DNA from: Macrostomum lignano
Lineage: Eukaryota
Direction: 5' to 3'
Assembly (NCBI GenBank): GCA_002269645.1
Contig: NIVC01003820.1
Span: 1-64,000 of the forward strand
Length of the DNA stretch: 64,000 nucleotides
The notes under the pieces are model-generated. The model was not told the DNA's origin and did no database searches. It saw only the letters and a list, made by a program, of their open reading frames with translations. This document shows, piece after piece, positions 33,270 to 47,790 of the stretch; the stretch's first letter is position 1, and each line of letters opens with the position of its first letter. Made by a program: the position numbers and the translations under genes.

Positions 33270-33930
33270 TCACAATGTTCCATCACCCTCTCCGATGTTC
33301 CATACCCTCTCCGATGTTCCAGCACCCTCTCCGATGTTCCATCACCCTCTCCGATGTTTCATCACCCTCTCCGATGTTCCATCACCCTCTCCGATGTTTC
33401 ATCACCCCTCTCCGATGTCCCAGCACCCTCTCCGATGTTGCATCACCCTCTCCGATGTTCCAGCACCCTCTCCGATGTTCCAGCACCCTCTCCGATGTTT
33501 CATCACCCCTCTCCGATGTCCCAGCACCCTCTCCGATGTTCCATCACCCTCTCCGATGTCCCAGCACCCTCTCCGATGTTCCAGCACCCTCTCCGATGTT
33601 CCAGCACCCTCTCCGATGTTTCATCACCCTCTCCGATGTTCCATCACCCTGTCCGATGTTCCATCACCCTGTCCGATGTTCCATCACCCTCTCCGATGTT
33701 TCATCACCCTCTCCGATGTTTCATCACCCCTCTCCGATGTTTCATCACCCTCTCCGATGTTCCATCACCCTCTCCGATGTTTCATCACCCCTCTCCGATG
33801 TCCCAGCACCCTCTCCGATGTTCCAGCACCCTCTCCGATGATCCAGCACCCTCTCCGATGATCCATCAACCTCTACGATGTTCCATCACCCTCTCCGATG
33901 TTCCATCACCCTGTCCGATGTTCCATCACT
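33270..33930. repeat. 20-21 bp minisatellite (CCATCACCCTCTCCGATGTT)
   Basis: Direct reading; explains the HHPLRC/DVPAPSP ORFs. Confidence 0.95.
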
Positions 33931-34422
33931 CTCATCCTCATTCTTTCTCATTCCTCTTCATAAACTTTGAGAACCTTTTTGGCCAAGCGAAATTTTTGTA
34001 ATAAACAAGGCAAAATGTTTTATTCGAGCCTGGAAATTCCCCCGCCCTTCCTGCATCCGGTTCTATCCAAGGAACCCTAACCGAAGCTCGGGATGGACCG
34101 CCTACTTTACAAATTGATATTTTAGAACTAAACTGGTATTTCTGATCACCGCAGCGAATTTATGTAAATACAAATACATCGCCACACTCTGGAATACGTT
34201 GGTATCAGTACTCTTGGGACTCGAGCAGTGCAAAATCCCAACGGATCCTATCCTGTACACCAGCGCAAATACCAGTCAAACTTGTTATTGCTTCTGACTT
34301 TGCTGTCTACTAAGCCTAAAGTGGGTGGAGATTAAAAAGAATAATTCTCTACAGTGAAATTGCGTGCGAGATCGACTTCTACTCTATAAAAGACTCCAAC
34401 TCCTCAATGGCAATTTCCGATC

Positions 34423-36306
<1,884 letters not shown>

Positions 36307-37167
36307 CTGTACTATATTATACACCTATTCCTGACAAACAGACAGATGGAGAATGACTTGGAATGGCTGTTTTCATGATCGATTATTGAATAGCAATCGG
36401 TGCTTGAATGGAGCAACTAAGGCGTATGTCGAGACTTATAAAGTTGGGCTTATTTTCCACAAATTTTCAGTGCAAGGCGACAGTTCTCATTACAAAGCAG
36501 AGGCAGAAAGACAAGTCAATTACTTGTGGATCTCGTGGAAGAAAACCCATTCGTGAAAACTGAAGTCACTGTAACAAGCTCCGCGAACGACTGCCGAACA
36601 CCCAGACGGCAAACGTAAGAACATAATTGCAATATAGTTTGCAAAAATAAACACATAAATTTAAAGTGAGAAGTCAGTTCTGTGGCTACACCTTTTATTC
36701 CCATGACTTGAAAATACAGCAAAGTTTTGCTGAGGTTGGAAGTCTTAAGGCTGTGCTATATTAGTGTTATACTAGAAATTTGCATACCATACAAGCTCTA
36801 GCTATGCTCAACTCTGAACTACACTTACTTAATTGCACAACAGAGAGCCATCGTTTTAAATCATTAATCATTCCTTGTTTTTGCATTCGATGCCGCATTA
36901 TGACAACAGCGTTGAATCGGTTTTCATCTGACGGATTGCGACGGTGGGCAAGGCTTCTAAGTGATTTGCCAATATATATCAGCCTCTGTCAGCGAGGCTT
37001 TGGATTGGGAAGATTCCGATGATTTGTTGCTTAATTCTGGAGAATAAGGGCGAGTTCTGACGAGTCGACGACGTAAAAAGCAAGCTAATGGGTGTTCTTT
37101 AAGGCAACTATTAGCCATTTTGTTTAGTGGGGATCTATGCCTATAGAACGCAGCGCAGTGCTGGGGT

Positions 37168-40100
37168 ACCAAGGGGCTTTGGCACCAAGGGGCTTTGGCA
37201 CCAAGGGGCTTTAGCACCAAGGGGCTTTAGCACCAAGGGGCTTTAGCACCAAGGGGCTTTAGCACCAAGGGGCTTTAGCACCAAGGGGCGCCAGCACCAA
37301 GGGGCGCCAGCACCAAGGGGCGCCAGCACCAAGGGGCTTTAGCACCAAGGGGCTTTAGCACCAAGGGGCTTTAGCACCAAGGGGCTTTAGCACCAAGGGG
37401 CTTTAGCACCAAGGGCTTTAGCACCAAGGGGCTTTAGCACCAAGGGGCTTTAGCACCAAGGGGCTTTAGCACCAAGGGGCTTTAGCACCAAGGGGCTTTA
37501 GCACCAAGGGGCTTTAGCACCAAGGGGCTTTAGCACCAAGGGGCTTTAGCACCAAGGGGCTTTAGCACCAAGGGCTTTAGCACCAAGGGGCTTTAGCACC
37601 AAGGGGCTTTAGCACCAAGGGGCTTTAGCACCAAGGGGCTTTAGCACCAAGGGGCTTTAGCACCAAGGGGCTTTAGCACCAAGGGGCGCCAGCACCAAGG
37701 GCGCCAGCACCAAGGGGCTTTAGCACCAAGGGGCTTTAGCACCAAGGGGCTTTAGCACCAAGGGGCTTTAGCACCAAGGGGCTTTAGCACCAAGGGGCGC
37801 CAGCACCAAGGGGCTTTAGCACCAAGGGGCTTTAGCACCAAGGGGCTTTAGCACCAAGGGGCTTTAGCACCAAGGGGCTTTAGCACCAAGGGGCTTTAGC
37901 ACCAAGGGGCTTTAGCACCAAGGGCTTTAGCACCAAGGGGCTTTAGCACCAAGGGGCTTTAGCACCAAGGGGCGCCAGCACCAAGGGGCTTTAGCACCAA
38001 GGGGCTTTAGCACCAAGGGGCTTTAGCACCAAGGGGCTTTAGCACCAAGGGGCTTTAGCACCAAGGGGCTTTAGCACCAAGGGGCTTTAGCACCAAGGGG
38101 CTTTAGCACCAAGGGGCGCCAGCACCAAGGGGCTTTAGCACCAAGGGGCTTTAGCACCAAGGGGCGCCAGCACCAAGGGGCTTTAGCACCAAGGGGCTTT
38201 AGCACCAAGGGGCTTTAGCACCAAGGGGCGCCAGCACCAAGGGGCTTTAGCACCAAGGGGCTTTAGCACCAAGGGGCTTTAGCACCAAGGGGCTTTAGCA
38301 CCAAGGGGCTTTAGCACCAAGGGGCTTTAGCACCAAGGGGCTTTAGCACCAAGGGGCGCCAGCACCAAGGGGCGCCAGCACCAAGGGGCGCCAGCACCAA
38401 GGGGCGCCAGCACCAAGGGGCTTTAGCACCAAGGGGCTTTAGCACCAAGGGGCTTTAGCACCAAGGGGCTTTAGCACCAAGGGGCTTTAGCACCAAGGGG
38501 CTTTAGCACCAAGGGGCTTTAGCACCAAGGGGCTTTAGCACCAAGGGGCTTTAGCACCAAGGGGCTTTAGCACCAAGGGGCTTTAGCACCAAGGGGCTTT
38601 AGCACCAAGGGGCTTTAGCACCAAGGGGCTTTAGCACCAAGGGGCTTTAGCACCAAGGGGCTTTAGCACCAAGGGGCTTTAGCACCAAGGGGCTTTAGCA
38701 CCAAGGGGCTTTAGCACCAAGGGGCTTTAGCACCAAGGGGCTTTAGCACCAAGGGGCGCCAGCACCAAGGGGCGCCAGCACCAAGGGGCTTTAGCACCAA
38801 GGGCGCCAGCACCAAGGGCTTTAGCACCAAGGGGCTTTAGCACCAAGGGGCTTTAGCACCAAGGGGCTTTAGCACCAAGGGGCTTTAGCACCAAGGGGCT
38901 TTAGCACCAAGGGGCGCCAGCACCAAGGGGCGCCAGCACCAAGGGGCTTTAGCACCAAGGGGCTTTAGCACCAAGGGGCTTTAGCACCAAGGGGCTTTAG
39001 CACCAAGGGGCTTTAGCACCAAGGGGCTTTAGCACCAAGGGGCTTTAGCACCAAGGGGCTTTAGCACCAAGGGGCTTTAGCACCAAGGGGCTTTAGCACC
39101 AAGGGGCTTTAGCACCAAGGGGCTTTAGCACCAAGGGGCTTTAGCACCAAGGGGCTTTAGCACCAAGGGGCTTTAGCACCAAGGGGCGCCAGCACCAAGG
39201 GGCGCCAGCACCAAGGGGCGCCAGCACCAAGGGGCGCCAGCACCAAGGGGCGCCAGCACCAAGGGCGCCAGCACCAAGGGGCTTTAGCACCAAGGGGCTT
39301 TAGCACCAAGGGGCTTTAGCACCAAGGGGCGCCAGCACCAAGGGGCTTTAGCACCAAGGGGCGCCAGCACCAAGGGGCGCCAGCACCAAGGGGCTTTAGC
39401 ACCAAGGGGCTTTAGCACCAAGGGGCTTTAGCACCAAGGGGCGCCAGCACCAAGGGGCGCCAGCACCAAGGGGCGCCAGCACCAAGGGGCTTTAGCACCA
39501 AGGGGCGCCAGCACCAAGGGGCTTTAGCACCAAGGGGCTTTAGCACCAAGGGGCTTTAGCACCAAGGGGCTTTAGCACCAAGGGGCTTTAGCACCAAGGG
39601 GCTTTAGCACCAAGGGGCTTTAGCACCAAGGGGCTTTAGCACCAAGGGGCTTTAGCACCAAGGGGCTTTAGCACCAAGGGGCTTTAGCACCAAGGGGCTT
39701 TAGCACCAAGGGGCTTTAGCACCAAGGGGCGCCAGCACCAAGGGGCTTTAGCACCAAGGGGCTTTAGCACCAAGGGGCTTTAGCACCAAGGGGCTTTAGC
39801 ACCAAGGGCTTTAGCACCAAGGGGCTTTAGCACCAAGGGCTTTAGCACCAAGGGGCTTTAGCACCAAGGGGCGCCAGCACCAAGGGGCTTTAGCACCAAG
39901 GGGCGCCAGCACCAAGGGGCTTTAGCACCAAGGGGCTTTAGCACCAAGGGGCTTTAGCACCAAGGGGCTTTAGCACCAAGGGGCTTTAGCACCAAGGGGC
40001 TTTAGCACCAAGGGGCTTTAGCACCAAGGGGCTTTAGCACCAAGGGGCGCCAGCACCAAGGGGCTTTAGCACCAAGGGGCGCCAGCACCAAGGGGCTTTA

Positions 40101-41340
40101 GCACCAAGGGGCTTTAGCACCAAGGGGCTTTAGCACCAAGGGGCTTTAGCACCAAGGGGCGCCAGCACCAAGGGGCGCCAGCACCAAGGGGCGCCAGCAC
40201 CAAGGGGCGCCAGCACCAAGGGGCTTTAGCACCAAGGGGCTTTAGCACCAAGGGGCTTTAGCACCAAGGGGCTTTAGCACCAAGGGGCTTTAGCACCAAG
40301 GGGCTTTAGCACCAAGGGGCTTTAGCACCAAGGGGCGCCAGCACCAAGGGGCTTTAGCACCAAGGGGCGCCAGCACCAAGGGGCTTTAGCACCAAGGGGC
40401 TTTAGCACCAAGGGGCGCCAGCACCAAGGGGCTTTAGCACCAAGGGGCTTTAGCACCAAGGGGCTTTAGCACCAAGGGGCTTTAGCACCAAGGGGCTTTA
40501 GCACCAAGGGGCGCCAGCACCAAGGGGCGCCAGCACCAAGGGGCGCCAGCACCAAGGGCGCCAGCACCAAGGGGCGCCAGCACCAAGGGGCTTTAGCACC
40601 AAGGGGCTTTAGCACCAAGGGGCTTTAGCACCAAGGGGCTTTAGCACCAAGGGGCTTTAGCACCAAGGGGCTTTAGCACCAAGGGGCTTTAGCACCAAGG
40701 GGCGCCAGCACCAAGGGGCGCCAGCACCAAGGGGCTTTAGCACCAAGGGGCTTTAGCACCAAGGGGCTTTAGCACCAAGGGGCTTTAGCACCAAGGGGCT
40801 TTAGCACCAAGGGGCTTTAGCACCAAGGGGCTTTAGCACCAAGGGGCTTTAGCACCAAGGGGCTTTAGCACCAAGGGGCTTTAGCACCAAGGGGCTTTAG
40901 CACCAAGGGGCGCCAGCACCAAGGGGCTTTAGCACCAAGGGGCTTTAGCACCAAGGGGCTTTAGCACCAAGGGGCGCCAGCACCAAGGGGCGCCAGCACC
41001 AAGGGGCGCCAGCACCAAGGGGCTTTAGCACCAAGGGGCTTTAGCACCAAGGGGCTTTAGCACCAAGGGGCTTTAGCACCAAGGGGCTTTAGCACCAAGG
41101 GGCTTTAGCACCAAGGGGCTTTAGCACCAAGGGGCTTTAGCACCAAGGGGCTTTAGCACCAAGGGGCTTTAGCACCAAGGGGCTTTAGCACCAAGGGGCT
41201 TTAGCACCAAGGGGCTTTAGCACCAAGGGGCTTTAGCACCAAGGGGCTTTAGCACCAAGGGGCGCCAGCACCAAGGGGCGCCAGCACCAAGGGGCGCCAG
41301 CACCAAGGGGCGCCAGAACCAAGGGGCTTTAGCCAGCACC
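37168..41340. repeat. 4.2 kb 16 bp minisatellite with two interspersed variants (GCACCAAGGGGCTTTA / GCACCAAGGGGCGCCA)
   Basis: Direct reading, roughly 260 units, occasional 15 bp units. Confidence 0.98.
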
Positions 41341-41361
41341 GAGGTAAGAAACCTTCGTCTG

Positions 41362-41501
41362 CTTGACGTGGATGTCCTTATCCAGAAGCAGTTCGCATTT
41401 AGAAAGCGGAACCTCCGGCCGCACGGCGACCTCAGCCTGCGAGACCTGGAAGCAGCGGAAGGCCAGCTGACTCTCTCGAACAGAATCCCTTTGCCCTCCA
41501 C
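41362..41501 (-). CDS. Possible coding exon (unidentified)
   Basis: Acceptor-like TTTTAG followed by open frame ...RESQLAFRCFQVSQAEVAVRPEVPLSKCELLLDKDIHVKQTK; only a weak donor (GTTTCT). Confidence 0.3.
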
Positions 41502-41599
41502 TAAAATCCAAAAACATTATTCCCCTACGTCATGAATAAGAGGCAATTGGAACCCCTGTGAAATCCACTTCTTCAATGACGGATCCCAAATCAACTCCG

Positions 41600-41900
41600 A
41601 CTCTGGCTACGGCTACTGCTTCGTACCTGGAGGGAGACCGTGGCGACCTTCTCTCAGCACACTGGTACCTGCTTTACCGTCCTTCAGAAGGGAGAGATCT
41701 ATATGAAGGAGATCACCCTCCTCTTGGACAGTCAAGCAGCGATCCACGTGTACAGTCCTCGACTGCATCGCGCAGCTTAACCGCTTCTAAAGGCGCCTCC
41801 AACAAGGTGTCCCTGATTGGATCTCCGGGCACTCTGGCCACCCCGGCAATGTGTCGACGATCGCCTGACCAAGGCTGGCTCAACCTTGCCTTTTACTGGT
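41600..41900 (+). mobile_element. Degenerate RNase H fragment of a non-LTR retrotransposon (I/R1-type)
   Basis: Frameshifted motifs KEITLLLDSQAAI and WISGHSGHPGN...DRLTKAG match the DSxAA and WIPGHxGxxGNExADxLA pattern of LINE RNase H. Confidence 0.6.
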
Positions 41901-42460
41901 CCCCGTGGCCCGAGAGTTTCTGCCAGCTCGTCCGCAACTTAAGAGCTGCCGGGCGAGCAACCATCCACCTCCTGGACTCTCCAGAATAGGTATTTTACTG
42001 TTGGTTTGTCTAATAATAATATGGTTATTTTCTCTGACACGAAATTACGTTAAACTAATTGATAAGAATATTTTTGCGTGGAATTCCCTACAGCGTGCAG
42101 TTGTTTAGCTGCAGTTTTCTAAAAATAGAAATTACACACGCGCGGCCTCACCTCGCTTCGCGAAATTGTTCACTTTAAATGTGCTGTACTGTGCACTATG
42201 CTAAATGCAATGCAATGCGTTAGTGTTTATTTTAAGCCATGACCAGTACAATTACGTCCTTGTTAGTTTGTCAGAACTGCGGATTACCTAATTACTATTA
42301 TTGTTGATGACTTCTTAGCGCAGAAAACAAGGCACTTTACCCTCTTGCAGTATAAAAATGGTACTATAGGACATAGGTAGATTGTAAGTCTATAAACATC
42401 AAAACCTGTAAAAAACGTAGCCTGCAGTCTACAATCTATAGGTTTAGTTTTATACTAATC

Positions 42461-43006
42461 ATGAATTGCCTGCCGATTGCAGAGTTGGTGATGCATTACA
42501 CACTAATCTGTGTGAGCACAGTCTGCTTGTGCATAGAAATCCAGCTCAATGAGATATTCGATGGACTCAACTCTGAGTACAGCAGATACCTCGGCTACAT
42601 CTGCCCCGTTATGGTGACGCTACTGAGCTTACTCAGGCTAACTGTCATTATCTTCAAGAATTGTTGCAAAAGAAAGAACAAGAAAAAATCTGGAAGCGGC
42701 TGCAGCTGGTGGTGCTTGTTGATGCAGCTTCTGGCTTGGCTCGCCTGCGCCGCTGGCTTCTTGGCCATGACCGTGCTCATCACCATCGGCCTGCCGCACA
42801 TTCAAGGCGTCGTCTCGTTGGCGTCATCAGCGACGGTTTCAGACTGTCCAGGAATCAACTTGGCCATTCGACTGTGGCGATTTCAAGCGGCAGTGGCCGG
42901 AGTGGCGGCTGGCGAGTGTCTGGCTCTCTTCGGCCTGAGAACTGCAGGGCTGGTGGCGGCCCCGAGACCAAGGGAGGAGGATGGCGTCATTTTCCAAGAA
43001 ACATGA
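42461..43006 (+). CDS. Intronless 181-aa membrane protein with about four TM helices
   Basis: ATG-to-TGA ORF in AT-rich flanks; hydrophobic segments separated by a basic, Cys-rich loop KNCCKRKNKKKSGSGC. Family not recognised. Confidence 0.6.
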   Translation: MNCLPIAELVMHYTLICVSTVCLCIEIQLNEIFDGLNSEYSRYLGYICPVMVTLLSLLRLTVIIFKNCCKRKNKKKSGSGCSWWCLLMQLLAWLACAAGFLAMTVLITIGLPHIQGVVSLASSATVSDCPGINLAIRLWRFQAAVAGVAAGECLALFGLRTAGLVAAPRPREEDGVIFQET

Positions 43007-43898
43007 TGGTCGTTTAGACCGGGAGCGGCAAAAAAGCAAATCCCTGTGTAAAATTTGTTTGTTACAGTTAATGTTTGCAGTGATGTTATAAGTAGTTCTT
43101 ACCGAATCTTGTAAAATACAAACGTTTAATCCATGCTTATTTGTTTGACTAAGTGCCTGTGACTTTTGCTGGCCAAAAGTTACAAACGAGGATTTTAATG
43201 GCTCAGTAAAATTTTTATAGCTTTAGTAAATTAGTTCTATTCTTATGTAATTTAACTTATCTACAGACATTATAACTAATGATATGCTATATTTTAATCG
43301 TTACGAGTTACAAAGATAATAATACAAATTGTACATAAATTTAGAAATACTATATTTATAATTATCATGTTGAATTATTAGGGTACTAAACTATTAGCGC
43401 TAGACTATAAAATGTAAATTATTATGTAATAAAACAACTGGCATACAGTATAATGGATAGCACTTGTAAAAAAAAATACTAATTCCAATACACTTAAAAT
43501 AGGAAGTCAGGATTTTAGAATTAATGCTCAAAACTGACGGGTCACAATAGGAATTTGCCCTGCAAATGCCCAAAAGCAGAACATTTCAAACAAACGCCGT
43601 AGATAACAGCTGTGGCTCTACGATCTGCTGTCTGACTTTAGACATCTCTCTTAGCTCGTAAAGTGTACACGAGTACTTTATAATCGCTTCGATAGCCAGT
43701 CAATTGACGTGCTAAAGTTTATCTGAAAAAACTGTCAAAATTTTGTCTATGGCACAGAGAAGGCGAATCTTTTCTGCGTTGATGTCAAATTTGAAGTCAA
43801 AAGAAGAGAGATCCCGGCCCAACTTCTTTGTTAAAGCTGCTTTAAAAGAAATTAAAGGTTGCTCTAGACGACTTTTGATTATAATAAAGACAGGAAAG

Positions 43899-45943
43899 AT
43901 GGACCAGCAAGAGGACTCAGAAGCGACAGTCGATCTGAAGCAAACATTCTGCTTCGACTTTCTATCCGGGCCAGAAACTACGGAGGCGGCCAGTCACAGC
44001 AATCAGAGCAACCGCACCGACATCATGAAGAAGTACTTAGTCTACATGGAGCTACCCAAGATTAGAGTGAGTGTCTGATATCTCAACTAATCTACTGGTA
44101 GTAGTTTAGATTTAACAAAAACTTTTGGTATTAAAAAGATTTTCATCACTGTTCTTACCAAGCCATTTTTATCTACACTGTACAGATTGGAGACTACAGA
44201 AAGTCGAGCTGCGTCTCCGGCAACGTGATCCGCTTTCACTTTCTGCTTCGTATCGCTCGCGATGAAGAGAATATGGTGCTGCGACTGCAACCCATCAAGG
44301 CCTACAAAACGCCCGTGGTGAACTTCGCCGTCATCCATCGGCCTTTCCTTGACGATGACAGCGCTAAAGGTCCAATTCCAAAGAGTCCCGGTGTGCGCAG
44401 CCCGCTGATCAACTACGAAGGCGAAGAGACCAGTCCAGGAGTGCCCGACAGTCGTACCGATGATATCATTGAAGACTTTCAAAGCGACAAAGCTCAAGCG
44501 CCTAGTGTCGAAGATGAACAAAAGCAACAACAGGGACAGAGGCGATCAAGCGATGCTAGCATCGGTAAATCTCAACCTAAACTGAAAGAAAGCCCGAAGA
44601 GGCGGTCCAGTCAGGCGAGTATCGACAAAGACAAAGTACAGCAGAAATCCTCAGAGAGCCCGAAGAGGCGGTCCAGTCAGGCGAGTATCGACAAAGACAA
44701 AGTACAGCAGAAATCCTCCGAGAGCCCGAAGAGGCGGTCCAGTCAGGCGAGTATCGACAAAGACAAAGTACAGCAGAAATCCTCCGAGAGCCCGAAGAGG
44801 CGGTCCAGTCAGGCGAGTATCGACAAAGACAAAGTACAGCAGAAATCCTCCGAGAGCCCGAAGAGGCGGTCTAGTCAGGCCAGTATCGACAATGCCAAAG
44901 TACAGCAGAAATCCTCCGAGAGCCCGAAGAGGCGGTCCAGTCAGGCGAGTATCGACAAAGCTCAACAAGAGCAGGCAAAGAGTCCCCAGAAACATTCGAG
45001 TTCAGAAAAGACCCAGACCCAGCCCTCAGAGAGTCCCAAGCGACGATCTAGTCAGGCAAGCACCGACGAGCAGCAGCGGTTAGAAGTAGAAGCGCCCGTG
45101 AGGCGGCCAAGCCAGACAAGTCTCGACCAGTCTAAAATGGCGATCGTTGATCAGAGACGCTCGAGCCAATCAAGCACAGGTGCTCAGCAGCAGCGATTTG
45201 AAGTTGAGGCGCCCGTTAGGCGGCCAAGCCAAGCTAGCGAAGATCTGCTTCAGCAGGCCGGGGCAGCAAGGCAGCAAGAGAGTCAAACCAGTTCGGAAAA
45301 TCGTCAGTCTCAGGTACCGGAGACGTCTCAACAGAGACCTGCCCAGGGCATCTTGGCTGAGTCTCCAAAAAAGGCCCGACTTGAGATCGAGTCACCGACA
45401 CCTCGTCAGGACATTTCCCCAGCTAGACTTCTCTCAGACGATAATGCAACCACTCGCACAGATACGACCGGTCGTCAAAAGCAGCGCCGTCCAAAGAAGT
45501 ATTTTGTCTACTGCGAGATACCGAAGATCCTCCTTGGCGACTATCGCAACTCCAGCGTCATCTGCTCTGAGATTATCCACGCGCATTTCCTGATGAAAAT
45601 TGCCAAAGATGAAGAAAGCAACCAGCCGCGTCTGAAACCGATCAAGCGGTATCACCGGCCAAAAGTGAACTTTGCAGTCATTCACCGGTCGCTACTGGTT
45701 GACGACGACGCAATCGGGCCGATTCCTCGCAGCCCGAACGTTCGGTCACCGATGATCCGCGAGGACGAGCCCGAGGAGGAAGACGACGTTCCGCCAGACA
45801 ACGTGATGCACGCCACAATGGGCTTCTGCTACGGTCGCCTGCCCCGCTCTAAGTACGAGCTGGTCACGCAGTGGTCGTTGGTCAATGGAGACGGTGGTGG
45901 ACCGCCACTTCCTGAGCTCGTGCTCAGCAAGGCCGATGTGTGA
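43899..45943 (+). CDS. ~641-aa protein with a duplicated ~88-aa domain flanking a 22-aa tandem repeat (2 exons)
   Basis: Exons 43899-44066 (AGA|GTGAGT) and 44186-45943 (TACAG|ATT), phase 0. Long non-repetitive open frame with an internal duplication. Confidence 0.8.
44586..44960 (+). repeat. 66 bp coding tandem repeat (ESPKRRSSQASIDKDKVQQKSS x5 plus a partial copy)
   Basis: Direct reading and translation. Confidence 0.93.
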
Positions 45944-46535
45944 TTTTGTCAAGTGCCATTCGGCGTGCTTAGCGGTGAAATCAATAACCACGGCGTTCAT
46001 TTTTGTTCAGCGTCAGTCATCGAGCGACCGATTTTTCAGTTTTACTTCTTTGGAACACTTCAAACAATTTTTTCGTCTTTACAGACAAGTTTTTTTCGGC
46101 CTGCGCACTGCAGGTGCAATCAATCGCTCAGAAATTTCCTCTGCAATTTATACTAATCCTCTTTTACTACCTGTGCCCATACATTGTTTAGACAGAAGCG
46201 ACCACTAAATTAAACCGGATTTTTTATTTCAACTATACACACTTGCTGAAACAAAATAAGTCGTTGATGCATCATTTTCACCTAAATAGGCCTTGCACTT
46301 TCTATTCCGTCAATTTTTAACCAGCCTTGATTACTTAGATTATTTAAATTACTTATTAGCCGATAAGTAGCTCGGATAATTAGGTCCGTAAACTACTATT
46401 TTTTAGATCAATCCGATATTCTATTCGATAAATTCTTTATTCGATAAGATTGAATAGCTACAAAGAAAACTTTAAATTACAGCGTGTCAATGTCCACATG
46501 GACTTGATTATACATCATTCTAGGAAATCGTAATA

Positions 46536-47790
46536 TTGGGTTGTAGCAAAAGTTTCGAGCGTTTTCTTTAAACTTCTAGCGCTTTCTCTAGAGAAATTTC
46601 TGGAATGTTCTATGGGGGTATACGAGTATAAGAGTGACCAGTGCGCACTACCGTATCCACTTCATATGCTCAACCTTCAGCTACAATGGTTACGAAACAA
46701 CACGATCAACGTCACCTCATTCGAGCATCTTTACTTTTCTGCTTCAAGCTGGGCAACTCAGCAGCTGAGGTGCATCGCAAGTTATGTCAGGCATGTGCCG
46801 AAGACTTTCTGAGCGATCAACGCTGCCATGTCTGGTTTGCGCAGTTCAAGAAGGGTACGACGAATTACTCGAAGGCAAGTAGCTCTCCGGTTACCCACCT
46901 GAGCTCGATATCCAGCAGCTTGCCCTGCTTTTCGAAGCTGAGCCATATCTTACAACACGTGAAATTGCAGAGTACTTTAAAGTCTCTGCCATGACCACCG
47001 ACCGCGGCCTTCATCAACTCGGCAAAGTGCACAAGCTTGGTCGATGGGTTCCACACGAACTTTCCCGTGAGAACAAGGATCAGCGCATCATCACATGCAC
47101 CCAACTCCTGTCCTATCGTCGCAATCCAGGATCGCTCGATACTGGTTACTGGCGATGAGGAGTGGGTGGCCAGTTTCAACACCACGCGCAAGCGCCAGTG
47201 GCTTTGCATGGCGGATCAGCCACAGCCAACGCCCAAACCTGATCTACACCAAAAGAAGGTCATGATGTGAGTCTGGTGGAATTCCAGTGGAATCGTCCAC
47301 TGGGAGCTCCTGCCTCGTAACACCAGCATCACTGCCGATGTCTACTGTGAGCAGCTGGACAGACTGCATCAGGCTTTTGTCAAGCAGCAGGGCGCTGGCG
47401 CTAAAATTCGATTTCTTCACGACAACGCCCGACCTCGTGTGGCGAAGAAGACACTACAGAAGCGGCTCGAGCTAGGCTGGGAAGTGATGCCCCACCCTCC
47501 CTACTCGCCTGATCTTGCGCCATCTGACTACCATCTGTTCTGCTCTATGCAGAGCCACATAAATGGTGTGACGTTAAAAGACGAGGAGGAGGTGACAGCC
47601 TGGCTCGAGCAACACTTCAAGTCGCTGCCGCCTGAGTTCTTTAAGAAGGGCATCCACGATCTCATCGCCAGATGGCAACAGGTCATTGATCAGGATGGTG
47701 ATTATATCCTGGAATAGAAACTGTTAGGACTGGAAAAATGAATTCAAAGTTTGAGTGCAGAAACGCTCAGAACTTTTGTTACAACAACAA
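46536..47790 (+). mobile_element. Mariner (Tc1/mariner DD34D) transposon, decayed
   Basis: Imperfect ~29 bp TIRs (TTGGGTTGTAGCAAAAGTTTCGAGCGTTT / AAACGCTCAGAACTTTTGTTACAACAACAA) flanked by TA at 46534-35 and 47791-92. Confidence 0.92.
46686..47717 (+). pseudogene. Mariner transposase pseudogene
   Basis: WVPHEL, VTGDEEW, FLHDNARP and HPPYSPDLAPSDYHLF motifs, broken by frameshifts and an in-frame TGA at 47268-47270. Confidence 0.92.

Noticed and set aside
43743-43898. N-terminal extension of the duplicated-domain protein
   Set aside because: It starts at a TTG in AT-rich sequence; an acceptor-like AG directly precedes the ATG at 43899, which is preferred.
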